64,000 nucleotides of DNA, from the NCBI GenBank assembly GCA_030596395.1, contig JAUVKF010000008.1, forward strand, positions 188 through 64,187, given 5' to 3'. Under the pieces are notes generated by a model, which was not told the DNA's origin, did no database searches, and worked only from the letters and a program-made list of their open reading frames with translations. This document shows, one piece after another, positions 56,905 to 64,000 of this stretch (position 1 is its first letter; each line of letters opens with the position of its first letter). The position numbers were made by a program, and so were the translations under genes. Source of the stretch: Chlorobiota bacterium. GTDB taxonomy: Bacteria > Bacteroidota > Bacteroidia > Bacteroidales > F082.

Positions 56905-57871
56905 TAATAAAAAGAATACAGATCAATGGCTGGTGGTTGTCAACCCACATGCCGGCAGTAAAAAGTGCCAGCGCGACTGGCCCGATATCAGGAAACACCT
57001 TGAAAAAGCTGATTTTAGTATGCATTGTATTTTTACTGAGCGTCAATTTCATGCCATTGAACTGGTAAAAATGCATATTGAAGAAGAGGGATTTACAAAA
57101 ATTCTTGTTGTAGGTGGCGATGGCACGCTGAATGAAACTGTAAATGGTATTTTTAAGCAGCAAAGATTTAAGACAAATGACATCACAATTGGAGTGATCA
57201 CGGTTGGAACCGGAAACGACTGGGGCAGGATGTATGAAATGCCTGAATCATACAAAAAGCAGGTTAAGCTCTTGACGAATGGATATACTATTCTACAAGA
57301 TGTGGGTGAGGTTGAGTATCGTCATGCCGTGGATGAAGAAAAGCGTTACTTCATCAATATTGCCGGAATGGGATATGATGCGTTGGTTGCGAAGAAAACC
57401 AATCTCATGAAACAAAAGGGTAAAGGTGGGGCATTGGCTTATTTAATCAACCTGATCTCGGGCTTGTTTCAATACAAAAATACACACCTGCAAATTGTTT
57501 CCGATGGGAAGCAGCTATTTTCCGGCAAAGTATTCAGTATAAGCATTGGCATTTGTAAATACAATGGCGGCGGCATGATGCAGTTGCCCAACGCCATACC
57601 TGATGACGGACTTTTCGATATTACAGTTATCCGAAAGACCACCAAATACCGCATTGTAACCAACATCAAAAACCTGTATGATGGTTCATTCGTAAGCATG
57701 CCGGAAGTAGAACAATACAGAGGTGAAAAAATTTCAATCACCTCAAAACCCCCTCAGAAATTGTACCTCGAAACCGATGGCGAGTCCCTGGGACATTCAC
57801 CGCTGGATTTTAAAGTAATCCCAAAAGCGATCAGACTGATTGTGAGGAAGAAGTATTCGGTGGTAGATTAA
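56897..57871 (+). CDS. Diacylglycerol/lipid kinase family protein (YegS-like)
   Basis: VVNPHAGS...ILVVGGDGTLNETVNG...GTGNDW catalytic-domain motifs. Overlaps the GT9 gene by 8 nt. Confidence 0.8.
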   Translation: MLDNKKNTDQWLVVVNPHAGSKKCQRDWPDIRKHLEKADFSMHCIFTERQFHAIELVKMHIEEEGFTKILVVGGDGTLNETVNGIFKQQRFKTNDITIGVITVGTGNDWGRMYEMPESYKKQVKLLTNGYTILQDVGEVEYRHAVDEEKRYFINIAGMGYDALVAKKTNLMKQKGKGGALAYLINLISGLFQYKNTHLQIVSDGKQLFSGKVFSISIGICKYNGGGMMQLPNAIPDDGLFDITVIRKTTKYRIVTNIKNLYDGSFVSMPEVEQYRGEKISITSKPPQKLYLETDGESLGHSPLDFKVIPKAIRLIVRKKYSVVD

Positions 57872-58007
57872 AAAAACAGCATAAAGTAGTTTTCAATTAG
57901 CTCCTTTATTTGCTGATTCGTTGTTTCAATAAAACCTTTGGCATCTTTTATTAATTTCGCAGCGTTTTTCAATGCTGGAAATCAGCGCAATTAACAACGA
58001 ATTAATT

Positions 58008-61000
58008 ATGGGATACGATTTCGGGAAAATCGAAAAAAAGTGGCAGAAATTCTGGAAAGAAAACAAAACCTTCAAAGCATATAATAATTCCGACAAACCA
58101 AAATATTATGTGCTGGATATGTTTCCTTATCCATCAGGTGCTGGCCTGCACGTGGGTCACCCGCTTGGTTACATAGCATCCGATATTTATGCGCGTTACA
58201 AACGTCACCAGGGTTTTAATGTGCTGCACCCAATGGGTTATGATGCATACGGCCTTCCGGCAGAACAATACGCCATCCAAACCGGAACACATCCCGATAT
58301 CACCACCAACAAGAACATTGATAAATACCGCCAACAGCTCGACCACATTGGATTTTCGTACGATTGGGATCGTGAAGTAAGGACCAGTGATCCGTTTTAC
58401 TATAAATGGACACAATGGACCTTTATCCAGTTATTCAAATCATGGTACGATAACAATACAGGCAAAGCCAAAAGTGTTGACGGACTGATCAAAGAATTTG
58501 AGAAGAATGGGAATACTGGGGTAAACGCTGCATGCGATGAAGTTGAGCCATTTACGGCAGAAGACTGGAATAATTGGAATGAATCCGAACAACAACAGCT
58601 ATTGATGCATTACCGTCTTGCCTACCTTTCGGATACTATGGTGAACTGGTGTCCGGCATTGGGAACCGTTTTAGCCAACGATGAAGTTAAAGATGGATTT
58701 TCTGAACGTGGTGGGCACCCGGTAGAAAAGAAACTGATGAAGCAATGGTCGTTGAGGATAACTGCTTATGCTCAGCGTCTGCTTGATGGACTCGAAAAGA
58801 TTGATTGGTCCGAAAATGTAAAAGAGATTCAGCGCAACTGGATTGGCAGGAGCGAGGGGGCGAGTGTTGTTTTTGGCCTCTCCCCAACCCTCTCCACAGG
58901 AGAGGGAGTTGTTCCCCGATATCAAACTGCTGATAAGAAAACATGGCCCTTCATTAAGAATTCAATGCTTGAAGGACGACACAACCCAACTAAAGCAGAA
59001 GCCTTGATTTGGGATAAGCTTAGAAACAAGAGAATTGGTTATAAAATCAGGCGTCAACATGTTATTGATACATATATTCCTGATTTTGTTTGCTTAAGCA
59101 AAAAAACGGTAATTGAAATTGACGGAGGAATTCACGACAAACCTGATCAAAAAGAATATGATAATTTTCGAACAAAAAAACTTGAAGAACTTGGATTTAG
59201 TGTAATAAGATTCAAGAATGAAGAAGTTTTTAAAGAAATTGAAAATGTAGTAAATAGCATTAAAAAATATCTGGACAACAAAATTGTTGATTCTGAATCT
59301 TACAATGAAAACTTGACTTTTCCCTCCCCTGATGGGGAGGGCCAGGGTGGGGCAATAGAAGTCTTCACCACCCGCCCTGATACTCTCTTCGGCGCAACCT
59401 TCATGGTTCTTGCTCCTGAACATGAGCTGATTGATCAGATTACTACACTTGAGCAAAAAGAAAAAGTAGAAAAATATGTAAGGAGGGCAAAAAACCGCTC
59501 AGAACGCGAAAGAATGACCGAGGTAAAAAACATCACAGGCGTATTTACCGGAGCTTATGCTATTAATCCTTTGAATGGAGAAGAAATTCCGATCTGGACT
59601 GCCGATTATGTGTTGATGGGATACGGAACCGGGGCAATCATGGCGGTTCCCGGTCACGATAGCCGTGACTTTGCCTTTGCGCGTCATTTTAAGCTGCCCA
59701 TCATCCAGGTTGTGTCCAAAAAAGGTGAAGAACCAACCGATCCGTCAACCTGGGACGACAGCTACGATTCCAAAGAGGGTATTATGATCAATTCTGGTTT
59801 TATCAATGGCATGGATGTGACCAAAGCCATCAGGGCTACCATTGATGAATTGGAAGTCCTGGGAATTGGCTACGGAAAAATTAACTATCGTTTACGTGAT
59901 GCAATTTTCAGCCGCCAGCGGTATTGGGGCGAGCCTTTCCCAATCTATTACAAAAATGGTATGCCTTATCCATTGGACGAAAGCGAATTGCCTTTAAAAT
60001 TACCGCTGGTTGATAAGTATCTCCCGACTGAAAGTGGTGAACCACCCCTGGCAAGAGCAAAAAACTGGAAAACCAAAGAAGGTTATCCGCTCGAAACTAA
60101 TACCATGCCCGGTTTTGCCGGATCAAGCGGATATTATCTTAGGTATATGGACCCATGGAACGACAAGGAATATTTCTCAAAAGAAGCTAATCAATACTGG
60201 CGTAGTATTGACCTTTACCTTGGTGGTGATGAGCATGCAACCGGCCATTTGATTTACTCTCGTTTCTGGAACAAATTCCTGTTCGACCTGGGTCTGGTTT
60301 GCGAAGATGAACCTTATAAAAAATTGATCAACCAGGGTAAAATACAGGGCAGGTCGAGTTTTGTCTACCGCATTCAGGGGAAAAACCTGTTTGTATCGTT
60401 TGGTTTGAGAAAAAATTACGAAACACAAGCTTTGCATGTGGATATCAACATGGTGAATAACGATATACTTGACATCGAAGCCTTCAAAAACTGGCGGCCT
60501 GAATTTGCTGATGCAGAATTTATACTGGAGGATGGAAAATACATCTGTGGCCACGAGGTGGAGAAAATGTCGAAGTCAAAACTAAACACACAGAGTCCTG
60601 ATGATTTGATCCATAAATACGGGGCTGATACTTTGAGGTTGTACGAAATGTTCCTTGGACCTTTGGAACAGCACAAGCCATGGGACACAAAGGGAATTGA
60701 AGGTGTATTCAGATTTTTACGAAAACTCTGGCGCCTGTATTTTGACGATAATGATAATTTGATCATTACAGATAAGAAACCAACTGAAGATGAACAAAAG
60801 GTAATCCATAAAACCATTAAAAAAGTTCAAAGTGATATCAAGCGTTTTTCATTCAACACAGGGGTCAGCGCTTTTATGATCTGTGTTAACGAACTGTCTG
60901 ACCTCAAATGCCACAAACGGGAAGTGCTTGAACCGCTGTTGGTTTTGCTTGCACCCTATGCGCCGCATATTGCTGAGGAATTATGGGAAGCAACCGGCCA

Positions 61001-61250
61001 TGAAGGGGGAATCAGCTACGTATCAAATCCAAAATATGATGAAAAATACCTGGCTGAAAATACTTTTGCCTACCCGGTATCGTTTAATGGTAAGATGCGC
61101 TTTAAATTGGAATTGCCGATAGATATGGTCAAAGAAGAAATCGAAAAAAGGACAATTGAAGCTAGGGAAACACAAAAATGGATCGAAGGAAAAACAGTCC
61201 GTAAAATAATTGTTGTACCGAATCGAATCATCAATGTTGTTGTGGGCTAA
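58008..61250 (+). CDS. leuS: Leucine--tRNA ligase carrying an in-frame ~160-aa insertion
   Basis: [16 protein letters not shown] start, HVGH (HIGH) motif, [19 protein letters not shown] editing-domain entry, KMSKSK motif. ATG 58008 is preferred over 57972. About 1080 aa, whereas Bacteroidota LeuS is roughly 920-950 aa as I recall. Confidence 0.93.
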   Translation: MGYDFGKIEKKWQKFWKENKTFKAYNNSDKPKYYVLDMFPYPSGAGLHVGHPLGYIASDIYARYKRHQGFNVLHPMGYDAYGLPAEQYAIQTGTHPDITTNKNIDKYRQQLDHIGFSYDWDREVRTSDPFYYKWTQWTFIQLFKSWYDNNTGKAKSVDGLIKEFEKNGNTGVNAACDEVEPFTAEDWNNWNESEQQQLLMHYRLAYLSDTMVNWCPALGTVLANDEVKDGFSERGGHPVEKKLMKQWSLRITAYAQRLLDGLEKIDWSENVKEIQRNWIGRSEGASVVFGLSPTLSTGEGVVPRYQTADKKTWPFIKNSMLEGRHNPTKAEALIWDKLRNKRIGYKIRRQHVIDTYIPDFVCLSKKTVIEIDGGIHDKPDQKEYDNFRTKKLEELGFSVIRFKNEEVFKEIENVVNSIKKYLDNKIVDSESYNENLTFPSPDGEGQGGAIEVFTTRPDTLFGATFMVLAPEHELIDQITTLEQKEKVEKYVRRAKNRSERERMTEVKNITGVFTGAYAINPLNGEEIPIWTADYVLMGYGTGAIMAVPGHDSRDFAFARHFKLPIIQVVSKKGEEPTDPSTWDDSYDSKEGIMINSGFINGMDVTKAIRATIDELEVLGIGYGKINYRLRDAIFSRQRYWGEPFPIYYKNGMPYPLDESELPLKLPLVDKYLPTESGEPPLARAKNWKTKEGYPLETNTMPGFAGSSGYYLRYMDPWNDKEYFSKEANQYWRSIDLYLGGDEHATGHLIYSRFWNKFLFDLGLVCEDEPYKKLINQGKIQGRSSFVYRIQGKNLFVSFGLRKNYETQALHVDINMVNNDILDIEAFKNWRPEFADAEFILEDGKYICGHEVEKMSKSKLNTQSPDDLIHKYGADTLRLYEMFLGPLEQHKPWDTKGIEGVFRFLRKLWRLYFDDNDNLIITDKKPTEDEQKVIHKTIKKVQSDIKRFSFNTGVSAFMICVNELSDLKCHKREVLEPLLVLLAPYAPHIAEELWEATGHEGGISYVSNPKYDEKYLAENTFAYPVSFNGKMRFKLELPIDMVKEEIEKRTIEARETQKWIEGKTVRKIIVVPNRIINVVVG
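58874..59353 (+). mobile_element. In-frame DUF559/Vsr-like PD-(D/E)XK endonuclease cassette inside leuS, flanked by GC-rich palindromes
   Basis: An extra block lies between [10 protein letters not shown] and [10 protein letters not shown]; E. coli-type LeuS has only about 10 residues here. The block reads [82 protein letters not shown], the DUF559 signature. Flanking palindromes are ccctctcc-aca-ggagaggg (58888-58906) and ccctcccc-tgat-ggggaggg (59322-59341). The core is visibly more AT-rich than the leuS flanks. Confidence 0.65.
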
Positions 61251-61292
61251 AACAGCGCCTTAGAATCCTTATTGGGACTTAAAAATCTATTC

Positions 61293-62105
61293 ATGAACAG
61301 GAGATTTTCCATATTGATTTTTATCATTGTCCTCATTGTTGATTTAGATCTATTCCCTCAGAAAATAGTCGAAAACAATGCTTTTCAGGAAGAAGAACAG
61401 CTTATTTATAAGGTAAGTTACACCTCGGCTATTGGCGGTTTTGTGGCAGGTACAGCGACAGTTGAAGTAAAAGCATGTGAAGATACTACCATATCAAACA
61501 GTTCGGATTTTTATCACATTGTCGGAATCGGTGAAACCAACAATTTTTTTAACATTTTCTACAAAGTACACGACCGGTTTGAGTCGGTGATCAGCAAAGA
61601 AACATTGTTGCCTGAAAAATTTATCCGAAGAACCCGGGAAGCTGATTATACATACGATGATGATGTTATTTTTAACAGGGAAGAGAATCTGGCCATTAGC
61701 CGTCGTGCAGAAAAGCCTGTTCCTGAAAACGTTCACGATATTATTTCAGCCGTTTATTTTATGCGCACATTGAACCTGGAAGATTTTAGAACGGATAGTA
61801 CATATTTAATAGATTTCTTTCTTGATGATTCGGCATATCATTCACATATCAAATATGTGGGCAGAGGTTACCTGGAAACCGAATGGGGATGGCTGCCTTG
61901 TTTAAAAGTAATGCCTATGATGGTTACCGGTGAAGTATTTTCAAAAAAATACCCCATGTTTGTGTGGATCACTGACGATGAAAACCACATCCCATTAATG
62001 GCTGAATCTGAAGTAATTGTCGGCTCGGTAAGGATGGTTCTTGTGGATTTTAAAGGGTTGAAAAACCCATTTATTAAACCGGTTAAACGAAAACATGTAA
62101 AATAA
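61293..62105 (+). CDS. DUF3108-like secreted protein
   Basis: The Met at 61293 gives the signal peptide MNRRFSILIFIIVLIV. YKVSYTSAIGGFVAGTATVEV and the overall beta-rich ~270 aa fit my memory of DUF3108. Confidence 0.45.
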   Translation: MNRRFSILIFIIVLIVDLDLFPQKIVENNAFQEEEQLIYKVSYTSAIGGFVAGTATVEVKACEDTTISNSSDFYHIVGIGETNNFFNIFYKVHDRFESVISKETLLPEKFIRRTREADYTYDDDVIFNREENLAISRRAEKPVPENVHDIISAVYFMRTLNLEDFRTDSTYLIDFFLDDSAYHSHIKYVGRGYLETEWGWLPCLKVMPMMVTGEVFSKKYPMFVWITDDENHIPLMAESEVIVGSVRMVLVDFKGLKNPFIKPVKRKHVK

Positions 62106-62211
62106 GACACATAAGAAAACTGAAGGATAAATTCCAAACAGTCTCTTAACATTCATTAACACAATACGGCATTAAGCTTGCGATAAAAACACCAAACCAA
62201 AAAACATACTC

Positions 62212-64000
62212 ATGAATCGAATACTGCAATACCTGATCATCAGCTTGCTAATCATCACGATCAGTGGATTTTTACTTCCCCAGGATAAAAAAGATTATGC
62301 TGAAAACTGGAAAAAAGTTGAAAAATATGTTGATGAAGGACTGCCCCGGTCAGCTCTGAAAATTGTGGATGAAATTTACCTTCAATCCAAAAATGAAGGT
62401 AATGAACCGCAAAAAATTAAAAGTCTTATTTACCGGATTAGTCTGCAAAGCCAGTTTGAAGAAGAGCATATTGTGAATGCGATTGAAACCTTTGAAAACG
62501 AAATCGAAAATGCAAAATCACCTGAAGCAGATATTTTGCATTCACTGCTGGCAGAACTTTACCAGTGGTATTATCAGCAAAACAGGTGGCAAATCAACGA
62601 CAGGGGTGTAGTGGTTGATTTCGAGCCAAAGGATTTGAATACATGGGATGCGGTAATGCTTAACAAAACCATTCGCGACCATTATCTGGCTTCTGTTCAA
62701 AACCAGGAAAACATCAGTAACATTAAGCTCAATGATTTTGAAGCAATTTTAACCAATGCTGATTCGGCCGCATACAGGCTGTGGCCCTCATTGTTTGACT
62801 TGTTAGGAAACCGGGCATTAAATTACTTTGCTTCAACCGATGTCGGCCTGGCGGAGATTGGAAATTCTTTTCCACTTAACAAAAACGACCTGCTACTCCC
62901 TGCCGATGAGTTTGTAAAGCTGAACTTTGATGAAATCGACTCGGCATCAACAGCTTTTACGGTGCTAAAGTTATATCAGCATCTGCTTGGCTATCACCTT
63001 CAAGCCGGAAATATTGAGGCAAGGGTTGACCTGGATTTGAAAAGGCTGCAATATGGATTAAACAATACTGATCAGTCGGAAAGTGCAACCCAAACATATA
63101 TTCAAACTTTAGAGAAACTCAGGGAAGAATTTAAAGCAAATCCCGTTTTTGTCAAACTTTCTGCCAGCCTGGCGCAGAAGCATATGGAAATGGGGAGAAA
63201 GTATCAGGTTACGTTGGGCGATAAATACCGCTGGGAATTGAACAAAGCTGAACAAATTTGTAACGAGGCTGTTTCGGCTTTTCCCGATTCGGAAGATGTT
63301 GCTACCTGCAAAAGTATTATCAATGAAATTAATAAAACTGATTTTGATTTTCAGGTTGAGAATGCCGTTTATCCGGAAAAACCAATATTGAGCTACCTCT
63401 CTTTTAGAAATATTGAGAGAATACATTTCAAAATAGTTAGTTTAAGTCCTGATGATTTAATCAAAAACAAAACACGCAGGGAAAGGTCAGATATTATTAA
63501 AGAATATCTTAAAAATCCAACCATACAAAAATGGACACAGAAATTACCTGATGGCGGTGATCATCAGAAGCACACTGCTGAGGCGATCATACCTGCCCTT
63601 GAATCAGGATTTTACATGGTTTTTGCCTCGGCAACTTCAACGTTTGATAATGAGGACATTATATATCATACACTCTGGGTTACGCGCCTGGGTTACCTAA
63701 GCAAGAACAACAATACCGATGGTAGTATTGAGCTTTATGTTGTTGATCGCATAAGCGGAAAACCGGAAGAGGGTGTAAATATTACAGCATATGAAAAACG
63801 GTATAATCCAAAAATCAGGAGCAATGAATATTTGCATGCTGGTGATTTTACAACCGATAAATCAGGTTATGCAAAGCTCGATTTTGAGGGTAAAATAAAA
63901 AATACTTCAATCAGCTTTATGCTTGAAAAAGATTGTGAACTGTTGTTTTCAGAAAACGATGCATACATCTATAAAAAATCAACCAATACCAAACTAAAGA
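62212..64000 (+). CDS. Large secreted protein, N-terminal part (alpha-2-macroglobulin-family-like); 3' end outside window
   Basis: Not on the ORF track because no stop is reached. The frame is open from ATG 62212 to the window end (596 codons). Translation: MNRILQYLIISLLIITISGFLLPQDKKDYAENWKKVEKYVDEGLPRSALKIVDEIY... followed by beta-sandwich-like segments (FQVENAVYPEKPILSYLSFRNIERIHFKIVSL; IELYVVDRISGKPEEGVNITAYE). These are typical of the N-terminus and MG domains of Bacteroidota alpha-2-macroglobulins as I remember them. Confidence 0.5.
   Translation, partial: MNRILQYLIISLLIITISGFLLPQDKKDYAENWKKVEKYVDEGLPRSALKIVDEIYLQSKNEGNEPQKIKSLIYRISLQSQFEEEHIVNAIETFENEIENAKSPEADILHSLLAELYQWYYQQNRWQINDRGVVVDFEPKDLNTWDAVMLNKTIRDHYLASVQNQENISNIKLNDFEAILTNADSAAYRLWPSLFDLLGNRALNYFASTDVGLAEIGNSFPLNKNDLLLPADEFVKLNFDEIDSASTAFTVLKLYQHLLGYHLQAGNIEARVDLDLKRLQYGLNNTDQSESATQTYIQTLEKLREEFKANPVFVKLSASLAQKHMEMGRKYQVTLGDKYRWELNKAEQICNEAVSAFPDSEDVATCKSIINEINKTDFDFQVENAVYPEKPILSYLSFRNIERIHFKIVSLSPDDLIKNKTRRERSDIIKEYLKNPTIQKWTQKLPDGGDHQKHTAEAIIPALESGFYMVFASATSTFDNEDIIYHTLWVTRLGYLSKNNNTDGSIELYVVDRISGKPEEGVNITAYEKRYNPKIRSNEYLHAGDFTTDKSGYAKLDFEGKIKNTSISFMLEKDCELLFSENDAYIYKKSTNTKLK

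Noticed and set aside
58874-59353. leuS insertion considered as an intein
   Set aside because: No Cys/Ser/Thr nucleophile at the N-terminal junction, no terminal His-Asn followed by Cys/Ser/Thr, and no intein blocks A/B/F/G. The content is a PD-(D/E)XK (DUF559) domain, not a LAGLIDADG or HNH intein endonuclease.
59094-59456. 120-aa minus-strand ORF inside the leuS insert
   Set aside because: Antisense frame through AT-rich Lys/Glu codons (Phe/Ile/Asn-rich product), whereas the sense frame gives a clear DUF559 domain.
1-64000. Search for oriC (a cluster of TTATCCACA-like DnaA boxes in an AT-rich spacer), prompted by parS + mnmG
   Set aside because: I did not see a cluster of DnaA-box-like 9-mers in any intergenic region by eye. 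This is only a visual scan, so absence is not proven and no oriC is called.

Overview
This 64-kb chromosomal segment looks like a Bacteroidota genome. Four secreted proteins end in type-IX-secretion (T9SS) C-terminal sorting domains, TAnnTTTG promoter boxes sit upstream of several genes, and the DNA is AT-rich by eye. It holds about 50 protein genes and one tRNA (tRNA-Cys GCA), with no rRNA and no CRISPR array. Most of it is ordinary core content: folB, gltX, ybeY, mnmG, dut, lipA-lipB, recO, pgk, trkA-trkH, leuS, an MlaEF-type ABC transporter, LPS-core glycosyltransferases, a very large NtrY-like histidine kinase, and secreted peptidases (M1, S8, C25 gingipain-like, S46, M23). Four things deserve a second look. 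(1) leuS carries a ~480-bp in-frame, AT-rich insertion encoding a DUF559/Vsr-like PD-(D/E)XK endonuclease domain. It is bounded by two GC-rich palindromes and sits in the short variable loop just before the editing domain. (2) A ~2.7-kb AT-rich islet lies between an omega-amidase gene and trkA. It encodes a Cas9-type HNH nuclease translationally coupled (ATGA overlap) to a methyltransferase-HIT fusion whose histidine triad reads H-x-Y-x-Y, and is my best candidate for an uncharacterised defence-like module. (3) Two consensus parS sites bracket mnmG, implying an origin-proximal location. (4) An integrase-to-tRNA-Cys islet encodes a signal-anchored proteasome-beta-like Ntn hydrolase. All product calls come from motif recognition by eye in the supplied translations. 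No database search, HMM or folding program was run.
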